DNA of 64,000 nt from Ruditapes philippinarum (GCF_026571515.1 NW_026859747.1:310001-374000), one strand, 5' to 3'; positions 11,841 to 27,456 are shown, counted from the stretch's first letter. Notes: generated from the sequence alone by a model not told the origin. A program made the numbers and translations.

Positions 11841-14332
11841 TTATTGCTTACGGTGAAAATCATACAGTATTTCTGGAAAGATATATTATTTGTCAGAACC
11901 ATATTATATCTACTATGGTAAATTATGACCTATTTGAAAGTTCGATATAAACGCAATATCTTTTCAACGTTTAAAGCAAAACATTTCGTTTTCCATTTGC
12001 TGGCTTTAATTATATAATTTGATAGTGTTTTTTTTTGTTTCACATTATTAAGAACGAATATGTAAGGTTTATCAATAAATGACGAATAAATAAATAATTG
12101 TTTACAGAATTCAGGTCTTTAATTAAAATTAGATTTTATTTGGAAGGCGCTGACGAATTATATACCAACAAATATCTTTTATACAGGCATTTTGGAATTA
12201 CACTTTCAAAAATATTTTATTTATTATGGCACAATATCCAGAAGAGAACATAAAGTATACTTTACTAAGTCTTGTAAAAAACAGTATATTTCATGTTTCG
12301 AAACATCTTATCTAAAGTAAAATATGTTATAATCTGTTATATATGTATAAGTCAAAGGACTTATAAATAACCAAATATTGTCTGGCTGTCTATGATAGTC
12401 AGGTACAGACATTCAATTACATTTTTTATTGTAATTTATGTCAGCAGATGTCACAATGCTATGCAAATTAATTTCCCATGAGTGAAACCGCTTATTTTTT
12501 CCCGAGTTTTACATTTATTTTATACATAATTTTCTTTAACACGCTCCTCTTATACCTTGCGTTAAAATTATCGTTTCGTTTATCAACAAAACAATTTAAG
12601 GAATATGTGTAATGGTAGGCCAGGCCATAATGTTTCATGGAAAATTCCTTTAGGCAATGACTGGAGGGCTTTGAATATCTGATTCCGTATAAACAGTACA
12701 TTTTTATTGTACACGTTTAAAATCACCCTTTAGATTTTTGAAAGGAAATATCTTAAAGGTGAAATAAATTTAACGCAATGTCGTATTTAATTTATTTGAT
12801 ACATTATCAGAAATACAGAGAACGAAAGAGTTGACATTTATATAACTTTTGGTACCTACGTTTTGAAAGAATTAAAAAATCATATATGATCAGACATGTA
12901 TTAGCTCATAGATATTCATATTATATTTGATAATGCTTCTTTATTTTTATGGAAACATAAAAACTTCAAAACTTGAACGTAAATGTCCAGAATTGTAAGA
13001 ACCGGGCAATTGTTTCTGTTTTCTTTTTTCATTTGTGTTACATAATGAGTCTACATTAAGGCAATTAAAAACGTTAGTGCATTGTCAGTCATATTTCATT
13101 TCATCAACATGTGGTTGAAACGTAAATTGCATGATATTTAACGGTGTGACATTTTAAAGGAATAATGATTGCATTGATACTTCAATTTATTCGTGTAGGA
13201 CAGGTTTTTCTACAATATGAAGAGGTTTTTAACCTACTAATTATGTACAATAGTAACCTTAAAGTAACCAAATCTAAGAACTTTTAAAGTGTTTAAACTT
13301 CTTATATTTACAAAAGTAACATGTTATTTCTATTTACATGTATCATATATCAAATCAAAGAGAACTTTTAAAGTATATAAAGTGATATGCGGAAATAGAA
13401 ATCAATTCAGCAAACAACTTTAAGATAAGATTTTGTAAATGACTGAATATTGTAAAGTGATAAAACAAGCAGAAAACTGTCACAGAAAATCAGATAAAAC
13501 ATTTTGTTCAAGTCATAAAAATCCGGAGAGAATTACAGATAAAATCTTTATAAAAATCATTTGTTTCGAATATGTGGCGCAAATACCAAAGGTCTGAAAA
13601 TGTACTTTAGATATCATAATTGCATAACTTAACTTTATTCTGAGGTGCCAAGTTAATTATGAAGAGGAAAGCAGGGGCGGTATTTCAAGAGTAAAACAGT
13701 ACTATTTGCCAAATAAAGCTAGCGTTATAAGTTACTCATTGCATTTGCTTTGTTTTTAAAGTTTTACAGAATTACATGTCTTATCATCTTGTAGTGCTAT
13801 TTGTGTATGTGCTATTTTGCTAAATGCCGGTAACACCTTTCTGTCTTAATACAAGCTTCAATATGTATCAAACATAACTCGCTTTAAAATACATCATCTA
13901 TGTACTTAAATATATATATTCGTTTCTATTTTTGTAAATATATATGAAAATGATGTGTTAGATGTGTTAATTTGGAATATAAAATTGTTATGTTCATAGT
14001 CTTTGGTGTAACATTTAGTCATAAAAAGAAATAATTACAATAGTTGTTTTACTGGAGTCATCACTATGTTCTCCCATGATGCATAAAAACAGGAGAGTTT
14101 ATTACCTGCGTCATTTGTTAAGCAATTACATTTTTATTTTCATATTTCTTTTTGTTGATCATTAAGCGTCAAAATTGTAATCCATTACTTTTTAAATTAA
14201 AAACAATTAATTGCTAAAGCATATATTAGGGAACGTGAGATAGTTTTTAGTCATAAGACATGTGTCTTCTGATGTAAGTAAATAAAATATAATTAGCTGC
14301 TGACAGGCAAAATGTCTGAAGGATGATAAAAC

Positions 14333-14378
14333 TAACAACAACGACAATAACAACAACAATGATGATGATGATGATGAT
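14333..14378. repeat. Compound (AAC)n(GAT)n microsatellite
   Basis: aacaacaacgacaataacaacaacaatgatgatgatgatgatgat. Confidence 0.85.
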
Positions 14379-17300
14379 ATTAATAACTACGCATTCGAGT
14401 ATCCAACCAAATTATCAAACTAAAACCAGCTGAAGCCAGTAAAACAAACTGAAACAGATCCTATTTGCGAAAACAATGAAAAATTAACGTGTATTAGAAC
14501 TTCTGTAAATTATTAATATTCTTATGTACGTTTGCCTTAAGAGAAAATATGAGAATCATCTATACAGTTATTACAAATGCAATACAATATATTGGTAAAA
14601 AATGTTGCAATTCAGCAATAGAGATAATATGATAAATGAGCGTCTGTTTCATCTTGGTTGTCAATAACTTACATAATGACAAATTGTACACTTGTCAGTG
14701 ATGTCTTACCGGATTAGAATACACACGGGATCTACGTGCAGGAAAATGTTCATTACATGTCAATTAATTTTATCAAATAAATGTATGGCGATATAAGACA
14801 CGGTTGTCTTATACAGACAGTTGTTTCAAAACAACAAGGTTTTAGAATCATGAAGAAATAACTGCTGTTTTTACAGTATTGTAGTTGCCATGTGTATAGT
14901 AGCTTCAATACAAAAATATTGAAGTGTAATTTATGGGTAAACATACATGTACCTAATGTCACATAAACTTTATATTTATGTCTTTTATAGTATTGTATTA
15001 TTGTACGTTCTGCTATAATTTCTTGTATAAACTGTAAACAATCTTAAACTATTGATATAAACGCTTAAGTTTCTATTATGTTAAAATGTTGAAAATAAGA
15101 TTCCAAACTAAACTGTAATATTTGTTCCTGGCGAAATGATTTATGAAATGATATGTAGTTAAATTGTACATTCACTTATATGAATTGCATAAGACAAAAT
15201 GATTTAGGATGTCTAGGAGAGACCGATTCATTAATATTAAACATTCATTAAGTTGTCTGCGAACATCTGAAACTTTAGTTATTGGGATTTTTAAAACTTA
15301 GATTGCATCCTTGAACTTCAGTTTGAAAATCTTGTGGTACCTCAAATTTTACATAATTCATGCACCTTCCGTAGAATAAATTAACCTAATGATTTTTAGT
15401 GGCACTTAAATCAGCGCTTTCCGTTAGAATAGTTAAGCATTCTCGAAATAAACCTGTTTTAATGTCAGTGAAGGAATAACAAAACTGTTAGTCGCTTATT
15501 AGAAACTAAGACGATTCAAATTGCTCAAAAGAAGCAGCTGCAGCTATGTTAGACGTTTCAGATTTAGCGTCAAGCTAATTGACTTGAGGTACTAACGCAT
15601 TTAAGGTAAAACCGTTCTATTCAAATTGAGCCATTACATAATTTACCTTGAATTCTTTTTGATGTTCCTTATATATTATGCCTAATATATTTATTTAGTA
15701 TGTTTATTGTTTTGTTATTGTTTTAAACAGTCCACAGGACAAAAACTAAAACAACAACCATAAGATACCACAACGGCACGTTTTATGACATAATAACGAC
15801 TTCACTGTAGGGGTTTAGAAAGATATGTGTAAAGATGATTGCTAAAGGAAAAGTAGTACCTGATTAAAATGTATTGGTCTTAAGCCTTTTCTTTTTTCAT
15901 GTTTTATTGAATTTTACATTACACTGACTCTGTAAAATTAATGTCCTATAGCGAACAAAAATGATTATATAAAAATTGAGCGAAGCCATCTCTTACACTT
16001 TCTTAAATGAAAACATGAAAGAGAGAGGTTAAAATTGCTGGTATCCGGTGTTTTGGAGAGAAACCCAATTTTAAAATAATTGAGCAACTTGGAGATAGAA
16101 AAAATGCCTTCTCGTTCAACTACATAAGTGTTACAGAAAAATCTTAGACTGTCAAGAAAATAATGCAATTATTGAAACCATAGATAAAAAGTACAATGCT
16201 TCAGTTTTGTATTCTTGTTTAAAAAATAGAATATTCTCAAAGAACCATAGTTAAAAGAAACAACTTGGTTATTATAATTGATATAAATACAGCAAAAATT
16301 GAACATGCCAAAATATTTTTGCTGTATAGCTTGTTTATATTTATTTTGAGCTACATGTATTGTTAACATTCTTTTTCAGTCAGTGGTTTCCATAAAATAT
16401 GTCAAAAATGTAAAGGCCTTGAATAGGTTTTGAATAATCGTACAAATAGGTGGTCAGAACGGTCTTGTAGGGATCGTAGCCCAAAACGAACCATGGATTG
16501 ATACCAAGCCACACATATTATATTCTTAGATATACATTTTAATGAATTACTATCTTTCTTGACGAAAATAATCTAATTACTTGAATGTTTAGATTATTGC
16601 TTCAAGAAATCAGGTAGTCAATTGTCAAGTTACGACAAAACTGACCAAAAATCAAAATTATATCAATATGTAAATAATTATTTCATTGCAAAATAAAAAA
16701 TATACCTATTTACAGTAATACACGGTTATCATTATTATTAGTAGTATGCAAGTAATACGTTTGTCAGTATATTCTAATATATTTCTAGCTCCCCAATTTT
16801 GGACATTATTATAAAAGCTTGGTATTATAAAAATAAAAGGTAAACTGACAATAAGCTTTCAAAATCAGTGCGGGTTTAACAAGATTTTACATTGAAGAAT
16901 TCTATATTAGATTTGTGAAGCTTGTTACCAGTTGCGTTCTCTAATTTAAAAGAAGTTGGTTGGTCATTGGCATTTTCTGAACTACAGGAAACGAGAGAAT
17001 GTGATATAGATAGTACGCACGTACTACCCTTAGAAAAATATTTCGTTTTATCATGGAAATGTCCCATTTTCCAAATATGTATGTATTATACAAGTAAAAA
17101 GTAATTTTGAAATATGAATTATTCATGTTACCTAAGATGCAAAACTGGACATAACACAACACCACACACAGCATCAAACAAAATGTTTCAATAAAGCACC
17201 GACACCGTATGATTCACAGTTGAAATTATGTCAAGAAGTTCATGCCAGTAAAGTATTACTGGAGTCAGGAAATGCCACAGAAAGGCAGCGCTGACCTTGA

Positions 17301-18640
17301 TTTATACACAGAACTCGGTGACATTACTTAGATCAATATTTTCTCTCTTTTGTGATGAAATAAGGGAAACTTACTGTCGCGTTTGTTAAACCAGACAACT
17401 TATTCAAAAAGAACAAAGTAACACAGATTTTCGTGATAATTATTGAAGCGTATAAAGCTATAACTTATGATTTTTTTAAATATATTAATCAATAGTAAAA
17501 TTATGTTTTACCATCACACTTTGGTCGATTTTCGAAAGAGTTGTAACATGGAATGTCTTTGTTATTTAACACACATGACTATTGTACGTAAACAGAATAC
17601 AATGTTCCGAAACAAAATATTATTCTGCAATTTTGGGCGCTTTCCGTTTTGCAATGATTTCGTGTATTTGCCGGTCCAGCGATTTACTACCATATTTCTT
17701 TATACATGTATTTATGAAATATTGTTGGTTTCTTTTATAATTCAAGCATTTTTTTTGGCAGAAAATATATAACTTTATACACCTTAATGCATAAGAATTT
17801 ATTACTAAGAATATTAGGATTAGTATTTAAAAATATATTTCTTGACTTATTACAATAGATCTGCTAGCTTAAATATCATATAATATTTATGATTGATTAT
17901 TCTACGAGCTAACAAATTATATGTGTTAGTAAATTTAATAAAATTGGAAAAGTGGATTAAACTCCCATATATTTTATTATCTAGAGATTCCCAATTGTCG
18001 AAGAAATTCGAAGCAAAACAAAATCATAATCAACTTGAAAACGAAAAAAGAAGATACAAAATAAGAAGAAAAATAATATCTGAGACAGACAAATAAATTA
18101 TAAGATGCAAGTAATCCATAAATTTTGTATTTTATATTAAATGGTCAGCCAAACAAGACGTGTCTTTCCTTAACAAGCTTAAGGAGGGAAAAATTACGTT
18201 ATTTATTGTGTATGGAGACACCTACTCTCCTGCGCATCGGTCAAATACATTCAGTAAACAGCGGAGGGAGCGTAGGAGACACTGTTATTCATTATTATTA
18301 ATTCTGAACACCAAACAACTGATATAAAAACATCTGACACGCTTATTATTTTGTAGAACTTCGTACTTCAAATGATCAAAATTGATTTCATGAAAATTCT
18401 GACAATTGCTATACAGTCCTTTCTTAAATAATTAGCAAACATTTTTTTAGTACACACAGGGGGAGTTCGTTACACTTATGCTCTGCAAACTATAGGTAAA
18501 ACAGGATTAAAACATAGTGTTATTAAAACTATTGACAGGTTGTTTATAAGAAACGAGACCACACTGACTCGACCAGTATCTAGATACGCAGTTTTCTAAA
18601 ATGAGTTTGCGCATTTTAAATCAAATGGAGCATGTGCAAA

Positions 18641-19836
18641 CGAGGTATGATCGAAAAGTCCTCGGCCCAATATACTTCAAGCTAGTACACTGACATTAAC
18701 ACACGATACGTCGATACCGATATCTTATTGAATATTAATATAAAATAGAGAAAGTAAAAATCAGTAAAAAGTAAGAAAGTAAAACACACTTTGATCAATA
18801 GAGAGTGTGTTATTAAAACCAAATGGAGAAAGTTGAAATCAGAGCCGTTATTAAGTACCTCTGTAAGAAAGGCTCTGTTCCCCAAGGAAATACATGAAAA
18901 CTTCATGGATACACTTGGGAAGGAGTCACCTTCCAATAGAACTGTGAAAAAATGGGCTGCTGAATTTAAGAGGGGCAGGGAGAGCATTGGAGATGATGAG
19001 CGGCCTGGGCGGCCAAAAGAGGCAACTAAAGATGCAACTGCCGAAGCCGTGCACGATCTGGTCATGTGCGACAGAAGGCAAGACCTGCGAAGCATCGCTA
19101 GAGAATTGTGTACAAGCTTTGGTTAAGTTCAAGCAATTCTGACTGATGGCTATGGCATGTCAAAGGTTTTCGCTAGATTGGTCCCCAGACAGTTGACTGA
19201 CGATCAAAAACGGACCAGGCTTGATATTTTAAGATATCTTTTGTCTCGCTACGAGGATGAACTTGATGTTCGTAACTCAGAATGAAACATGGGTCCATCA
19301 CTTTGGAAGCACCCTGGTTCAGCAGGGAAGGTGATGGCTTCATTTGTTTGGGATAGTCAGGAGATAACAATGGTTGACTATCTTGATCAAGGTCAAGCCA
19401 TAAACAGTACATACTATGCTAACGAATTGAGACGTCTAGGTCAAGACATTGCGCGTAAAAGGAGGGGCAAACTGACTCAAGGCGTTCTGCTCCTACACTC
19501 ATACCAAGTCGCGATGGCTGCTGTAATTGACTGCAGCTTTAACATTCTTTACCTTCCCCCATATTCTCCGGACTTGGCCCCCTGTTGTTTATACCTGTTT
19601 CCAAAACTGAAAACAAAGCTTCTTGGTAGCCGTTTTGGAAGCAATGAAGGTGTCCTGGAGGCGGTCAAGGAGTTCTTTGAGGACCAAAATAGAGGGTTCT
19701 ATTTTGAAGGGTTAAACAAGTTGGAGGACAGGTGGGCAAAGTGCATTGATGTAGAGGGCGATTATATTGAACAGAAAGACCATTAGTTGGGTTCTCTGAC
19801 TACCGAAAGTACATAGGGCCAAGAAATTTCCTGATT
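18641..19836 (+). mobile_element. Decayed mariner (DD34D-type) transposon
   Basis: Left TIR cgaggtatgatcgaaaagtcctcggccca; partial right TIR gggccaagaaatttcctgat; transposase remnants between them. Confidence 0.9.
18823..19786 (+). pseudogene. Mariner transposase pseudogene
   Basis: MEKVEIRAVIKYL, KKWAAEFKRGRESIGDDERPGRP, LVPRQL (WVPxxL), VTQNETWVH, GKVMASFVWD, YSPDLAP; frameshifts, a stop and internal deletions; the catalytic Asp positions are all altered or deleted. Confidence 0.92.
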
Positions 19837-19864
19837 TAATAAATTTCTGCAAAAAGTAATTTAC

Positions 19865-20655
19865 GTTTAGGTGCGAGCCCCCAAATACAATACCTACGCT
19901 TTGATGAGGTAGGCTAGAACGACTGTCAACTGCATTTAAACGGGGGCGCGGGGTCAAACCCGAAAAGAAGCAAATGTTTTTTCTTTATATTTATTTTCTT
20001 TAAAACAATTATGTCTCCCTAGAATTACTCTTTAAAAGAAAAGTGTTTTATTTTAATTATATAATTATTTTCGGCATTTATAAGCTAAATTATGTCAAAT
20101 TAAATCTCATATATGGTACCTGATATGTTCAAGTCTAATGAAATTAAATCTACACGGTAAAATAATTTTATATTTGACAACATCAACCAATATATCTTTA
20201 AAAACATTTAGGCAAACCTTGAAAAAAGCCGCTCATTTTATTAAATTTTAATGTTATTTTGAATTCGGCCCTCTACGTAGGAAAATGGTCAAACAAGTGT
20301 TTAAAATTGGTGGGGAAGGGCAACATCTTTATACATATTTCAAACATTTGATTAGAGGCATTCATTTTGCTCATGTGATTTGTTAGCTTAAGCTATTATT
20401 TGTTTCTTTCAATGTTCAAAAGTAAAACAGTTTTGTCATAATGGTGATATAAAAGGTTATTTGGAGTTCCTTATTTCTGAAAAAGAGCCCTTCTCATAGC
20501 CGAGTTTAAAGCAAGAAACATCTCGGTAACTCGTATACCATACGGTTGACTTTGTTTAAATATTGCATACAGGCGTCCTTTAAGGAATGTAACTGACCAA
20601 TGCTGTCAATTTTACAGTTCCTTATATAGACAAAGTGGGGGGGGGGTCATAACTA
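19865..20655. mobile_element. Decayed copy, in inverted orientation, of the Kolobok-type MITE at 37438-38220
   Basis: taggctagaacgactgtcaactgcatt, aggaaaatggtcaaacaagtg and actttgtttaaatattgcatacagg all match the reverse complement of 37438-38220. Confidence 0.75.
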
Positions 20656-23600
20656 AATCATTACATAATTCATAGCATTTCGATAGTTAATTCTAATAAC
20701 AAAAAATCAAGCAAATATAATCAGTTTATCAATATAATTAGTCATACATTTTTTCACGTTGAGAAATGCAAGTTTAATTTACAATTTTGATACAATTTAC
20801 GTTTTGTTTGGGTAGTAATGTATTGTTTAAATATAACTTAATTGTTTCATGCAAAATAATGCGCAACGAATTCTTTTCTTCTTTATAATACATTTCTGTT
20901 TTTTTTTCTTTAAAATTTATTATTGTTTAGCTCAGAAACTTTTAAAACTTTACTAGAGTCAATCAGGGAGAATATAATGATAATTCGGTATTTGTAAAAT
21001 ATATAGGATCGAGTGATATATCCATACGATGCACATTATTAAGTATATATAATAATACGTTTGATTTCAAGCTATGATCAACAAATGGACCAATAGTCAA
21101 TCAATAATCATTATATGCAGTCTCAACTGTTTAACACTCAGCGTGACACGAAAAACAACAACAACATCTGCTCCCAACCCTATAAAAAGAACAAAAAGAG
21201 TGGACAGAAAGGTGGATAATGGTATCAATAACATTTAATTACAATTAATGAGAAAAACTTTGGAGAATTATGCATGAAAAGACAATTACAAATAAAAAAG
21301 TAAATAAGAAGAGTGTAAAGTATTAAGGTTGTTCTACAGTGTTAGTGAAAAGCTTGCAATAATTCATTTCTCCTGGAGCAATTTTCCTGATTTGACAGAG
21401 ATACTGGTTTAGTTCAGTCGTTCAAATTTTTTTAGATTTTATTACAACTGAACAATATATTTATAACAAAAAATCTTGAAAAAAGAGAGAGCTTTTCGCG
21501 TAATGCTAAATTAAATGCAATATGAAACAATCACAATTAAATAATTAATTGTGGCATGGTCAGTAAAATAACTGTATTTATGCTACAAATAACAAAGTGA
21601 CAGAGACAATTATCGTTCCTGCACTCATTCTGACTTGATCAATTACTATTGGTATCATGTTGTTAGAAATCTAATAATTTCAGAAACAATATGTCAAATA
21701 CATCATTGAGTAATAAGTTGATGAGTCCACACTGGTATAATCAATATTAGCTTGAAGCAATAATCGAACTGTACATTTTCCCGTTTAGATGAATTCTGAT
21801 ATTTTTTATTTTCCTGATTTTTATGCTGGGTTATATTTTACAAAAAAAGCATGTACCATCAGCTGACTAGCAATATCAATGGCAGTGTTGTCATCTGAAA
21901 ATCGATAAAACCAATCAATGTTTATAGTAGGGTTTCATCATTTTGGAGACAGAATTATTTTAACATGTGTTTAAATTTTTCTTCTAAATATTGAATACTC
22001 AACTTATATTATAGTTTTCCACGCTGACAAATCTCGTTTAAAATATTTTTGAATTTTATTTTACACCTTGTGGAACATAGCCAATAAACTTCAAGTTTTT
22101 GCATCATGTGATCTCCTTATATAAATTCCTATTAGATAATATTTATCAGTCTCCATTTCAAGTCCACAGTATAAACGATAATTATCAAATCACTGTTGTA
22201 CTTTTCGGATCTCGGTTTCTTTTTCCAAAGTCTGATCTACCACATTAGAGCAAAATGATGACTATATTGTATCTGTACACAGCTTCAAACTTAATATTAT
22301 CATATCACACACAAACGACTTTCTCATTCATTTTTAATTCATGAGTTTTCAGCATTGCACTTTGTTTGACATTATTTGTCCCTCAGCATCTAAATAGATG
22401 TAATTTGAATATCTATCATATTTAGAGCACTCCTTATCAGTGAAGTTGTACACAAACAATAAACTATTCATGAGCTTCAAATAAAATTTCAAATTGCGTC
22501 AAAATGTGCCATGCAAAAACCAGTTGAAGCCAGAACTTTCCTCTCAAGTCGAGAAAAAAATGGAATTTTAACATATCAATATATTTAAAAAAACATATTA
22601 TTGCTGCGCAAAATACTGGAAATATAAGACAGCAATGTAAATGTATTTTCAAATTTGAATGCTATTCTTAGAAAATGTAAGAATGATCGATGCATCTATA
22701 ACAAATGCAAGTCATCACCAAAGAGATAATTCATTTAGTAAAACTTCTGTTTTATTTCATTTGTTCATATTTCGTACAATAATAAGCTGCACATCTGTCA
22801 ATATTGTATTACGGATAAGAATGCTACAGAGATTTACGCCTGGTTAATTTTCATCGCTCTTTGTTTGCAAAATGTCAAACGGTTTGTGATATTAAAACTA
22901 ACCAGCTGTTTTTTTTTTCTTCCAAATGATATTTAATATATAAAACTCATTATTTAATTAAAACACTTATATCTTACTTTTGATTGGTATGATCGTATAA
23001 CATAACATTTGTAAAATCTCTTTGATACTGCGGTAACAGACATTTATTTCCGAATTCGACCTGTAAATATTCCGTGTGGTAAAACAACAAACATGTTTCA
23101 ATACTTCTTTATATGTGGGCTGTCCAAAAAGTCATTGACAACAGCGTTTACATAAAACATACTTAACCGATTTATTAACAAAATTAACCGGTAATTAATA
23201 CGCTATTTCTGTGATATTTAATTTGATTTAAATGAACAAGTTATAACACTACATGGTTCGGCCCACACTCTGTCTAACGTTATATATCAATGGTTTTCCT
23301 TTGAGGGATAGATATTTAGTCTAAGCGACCTTCTTACACGAGACATTCACACATTATCTTTTGATAATTCCCAGCAAACTCTATTTTATACAGTATAAAG
23401 TCAAGCTAAAGTATATGATACAACATGTCCAAACACAAATATCAACATTTTACTGTAGAAGAATCTACTATATCGTAAAACAAATATTGTCATCAATCAA
23501 TACATACTTTTATAATAAAAGATAAAATCATGATACTGAATTGGCGAAAATAACACCTGTTTTGATCTACATTATAATTTATTTGAAATACTTCTTCTTT

Positions 23601-26580
23601 ATTGTTTCTGTTTTCTCACCCGTTAACACAATGTGTATTGTAATTTTAAGACATGTTAGTTATTTATCATAATCCACATGCCAGACAAAATAGCAACTGA
23701 AAATGAAAACAAATTAAGTCTTAAACAAGTGATCTGAAGTTAAGTGGTCATCTTACTTTGAAAGGAATAGTTTTTTTTATTGTTTTCACAAACAAGGCAC
23801 ACCTTTCCTGTCTCATCTGTATATCTTAAGACAAAGTTATTGAGACACCCTGCTAAAAGTGTTATTTCTAAACATCAATAAAGTGTATAATAAGTGGTCT
23901 ATGAACACCTGATACTCTTCTTATAAAAGTTTCTAAGGCTTAGAATGTATACTTTTCATAAAGTACAACACCTTCATCATTTAATTTACTTAAATGATAT
24001 ATATACCTTATAAAGATAAGCAGCACTTTTATAAACCTTTCCGTAGATCTTCGTAAGCCTATCAAACGTAATTCAAGGGTGATTCAGACCACTTAATACT
24101 TTATGCATAAAATAACTACCACCGTAATCTGACGACGAGATAAAGAAGGACTACCAAAATGATAATAAAGCAACTAATGATCAATAAAATGTTTCACGGT
24201 AAAGTCCTATGAGTCTCTGTTCTAAATATTTTATACGTTTTGTTGCCAATAAACAAATATATTCCACAATTTTACAAACAGACCACCACATTTTTTTCCG
24301 TTTCTTTTTAATAGTTATTGCTGTATCTCATAAGCGGAATAAATCTGATTAAACTATTTTTTTTTCAATCAAATTAGTAACATAAATGGGCAAACATAAT
24401 TCATTCAATATATATGTTTATGACGCAGCACTTGCGCAATAATGTCTAAAATGCATTTATTTTACAAGGGTACTAAACATGGTCAAATTGTACAGTTTTT
24501 CTAATGAATACTGAAAATGATGTTAAAATTGCCGATATCCGTTGATATGGAGAGAAATCTGTTTTTGCAATAATTTAGAATGTTTAAATTAGGGAAAAGC
24601 TTTCTGGTGTTAATATTTAAACGCCCACACACTATTATCCTAATGAAAAATAATTGATAGAACCAACAGAAGACGCACTTTTAACAACAAATAAACAACA
24701 CCAACAAAAAGAAATATAATATTTTATCGTCTTAGCTTAATGTTCAGTTGTGAACTCTATTCCTCCATGTTTTGAAATAGTTGTAGAAATATATCTTTTT
24801 ATACTCTTAACTGGAAACCACAAAATACTCCTGAACTTCAACAAGTAGGAGACTCGTTCGGTTGATAGGAAAAACAAATACCTATAGCTAGCTATTTAAT
24901 ATAACATTGTCACTTAAAAATAATTTTATTATAAACCATCTTTTTTAATTTAATTTTAATACTATTTACAAAAACGTCCATTTCATTGACAGTTTTGACA
25001 AGTTCAGACAATTCGTATAAGAACAAAGTTTTAATTTACAGTTCAAGTTTTTTGTTTCTTGTTTTTTATTTGTTTGTTTTTGTTTTTATGTATGTGTGTT
25101 ATTTTTTTAATGTTTTTCTTTTATTTGGAGAAAGTGTTCTTTTTTTGTAAAACGGTAATCTAAAAATGTGTTGTTCAATTTGTAAATAAAAGTGTACAAT
25201 CAATTTTGAGAACATTATTCATGATATATATTAGTTCATCTGTTTAGGTTTAATTATTTTACTTTATTTCCACATTGTAACATGAAAAATGTATTTTATG
25301 CATTGTTCTGTAAGCCTCAATCAATAATGACAAGACATTGTCTGTTGCTAGACAAACCTACAATGTCATACTTTCTTGCCTTTCCATGCAAAGAGGCCTA
25401 TGTTAAAAGACAGCGAGTGCCCTGAACGAAAAACAACAGGCGTAACTAAGCAAAATGACATTTTGAAAGTAGATCAGAGGTTATGAAGCCTGAATATCAC
25501 AGCTAAGACATCAAAAGACAAAGTTAAATGACAGGCACCGTATCGCAACGGTGATTACACACTTTTCCAGAAGGAATACTGGAACCATCTATGTTCGAAA
25601 GAAATGTCAAAAAGGTGTGAAAATACCACAAACATTTAAACATTTACACAAAACATTAAAGCCGCGCTCAACGATCTTCAATTATCAAAACAGTTCAGTA
25701 TAAGAAAATAATTTGCAAGGAAAAGAATAATTACCAGTAAAAGATCAATACTTAAATTTCTCTTAATCAAATGCTTATCATTCTGTAAAATATGTGTTTA
25801 AGAGTAGTTATACATTGATCAAGAAACTCGGATACATTTATTACATTTTTTTTTTGTTTAATATGTTTTCACTGTAATCACCTTCATTTTTGATGCAACA
25901 ACATTTAATAAGGTTAAAAATTGTTCAAAAGTAAGTTAATTAAATTTTTCGAAATTTATCTTTTTCTACCAATGTTGTTTGTCAAATTTTAAAGGCTAGG
26001 GGAAACTAAAGCCGAGTTCAGAAATTACAAACTTAACTAAAACTTCAAAAAGATTTATTAGAAATATCAATTTCAAAGTAATTATGTTTATGAAATATAA
26101 TAAAAAGAACAATTTACCAAAATAGACGATTAAATGTATTTGTTAAACATTGTCTAGAAGCGCTCAGTAGACATTAATGATAATCGATAATATCAAAGGA
26201 TGTATTAATTTTCTAAATAATTTGTTTAAAGTGAGAGGCAATTTCAAAAGTTAATTGTTTTTTAAATGCACAAAACGATATGCAAACGGAAATCAATATA
26301 TTTCAAGATAACTGGTGACAATATGTCACAGAAGTTATGCATCCAAAGAAAATTGAAATTATGTCAATTTAATATATTAATAACAACGGGTACGATCTGC
26401 AAAATATATTTCGTTTAATGTAGCGAATAAAAAATATTTTCTATAGAAAACGGTGGATTGATTTTTTATCATAGCATAGGACTCTAGATACTCTTTACAT
26501 ATAGAATTATAATGTAAATTATTTTCTTGTCCGATTTCAACAACACTTACTCGTAAAAATGGTAAGTCACAAAAATTGCG

Positions 26581-27456
26581 CATCTCTTGTGTTTTGGACC
26601 ATACTAACTTTGGTGTGAAAAATACACCTAAATATTTGTAAAATGGAACAACTTCAATGGGTTCATTATTAAACAACCATTTTTCAGTTTGTTTCAAAAC
26701 ACCGCCATTTCTAAAAACAATAATTTTCGTTTTACTTAAGTTTATCTTCATCTTAACAGATTTACAATAATCTTCAATATAATTTATTTGCTGCTGTAGA
26801 TTTATAACGGTGTCAGAAAAGCTAGAAACATCATCAGCAAACATAAGCGCAATTAACTCTTCAATGTCATTGGATACAAAAATACCTCTATTACATTTTT
26901 CATGCAGAAAAGTAACTAGATCATTTATGAAAAGTGAAAAAATTATCGGACTTCCAACACAGCCCTGCCTTGTTCCAGTATTACATGAGAAGAAGCTTGT
27001 AAGTTTGTTATCAACTTTAACACATGATTTAAGTTTTGCATACATAGATTTAATTATCATTAAAAATTTTCCATTAATCTTATTTCTAGAAAAAGCGTCC
27101 CATAATATTTGATGCTGAATACTGTCAAAAGCTTTGGCAAAATCTATGTATATACAATAAAATCTACCCCGTTTCTTCGATAAGTACTTCTGGATCAAAG
27201 ACATAAGAGTAAAAATATTATCAATTGTTGAATAGCCTTTCCTAAATCCAGCCTGAGACTCATCAATTACATTATAGTTATCACACCATTTAGTAAGACG
27301 AATAGTTAATATATTAACAAATATTTTACATAAGGAATCTATTAAAGAAATACCTCGATAATTATTTGGAACTGATTTAGAACCTTTCTTATGTATTGGA
27401 GTGATAATACTTTGACTCCATACTTCCGTTTTCAAAATTTTTATTATAAAGAGCAT
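26581..27456 (-). pseudogene. Reverse transcriptase domain of the LINE, open frame; homology ends near KTQE
   Basis: ORF 26377..27456; the last ~67 codons show no RT similarity. Confidence 0.85.

Noticed and set aside
11552-11950. ORFs spanning N runs (also 44994-45503)
   Set aside because: Artefacts of assembly gaps
18682-19412. Minus-strand ORFs over the mariner; + strand ORF 26810-27112 over the LINE
   Set aside because: Antisense shadows of TE coding sequence
25494-25516. miR-2 family seed match (tatcacagc)
   Set aside because: The rest of the mature sequence does not match and no hairpin is evident
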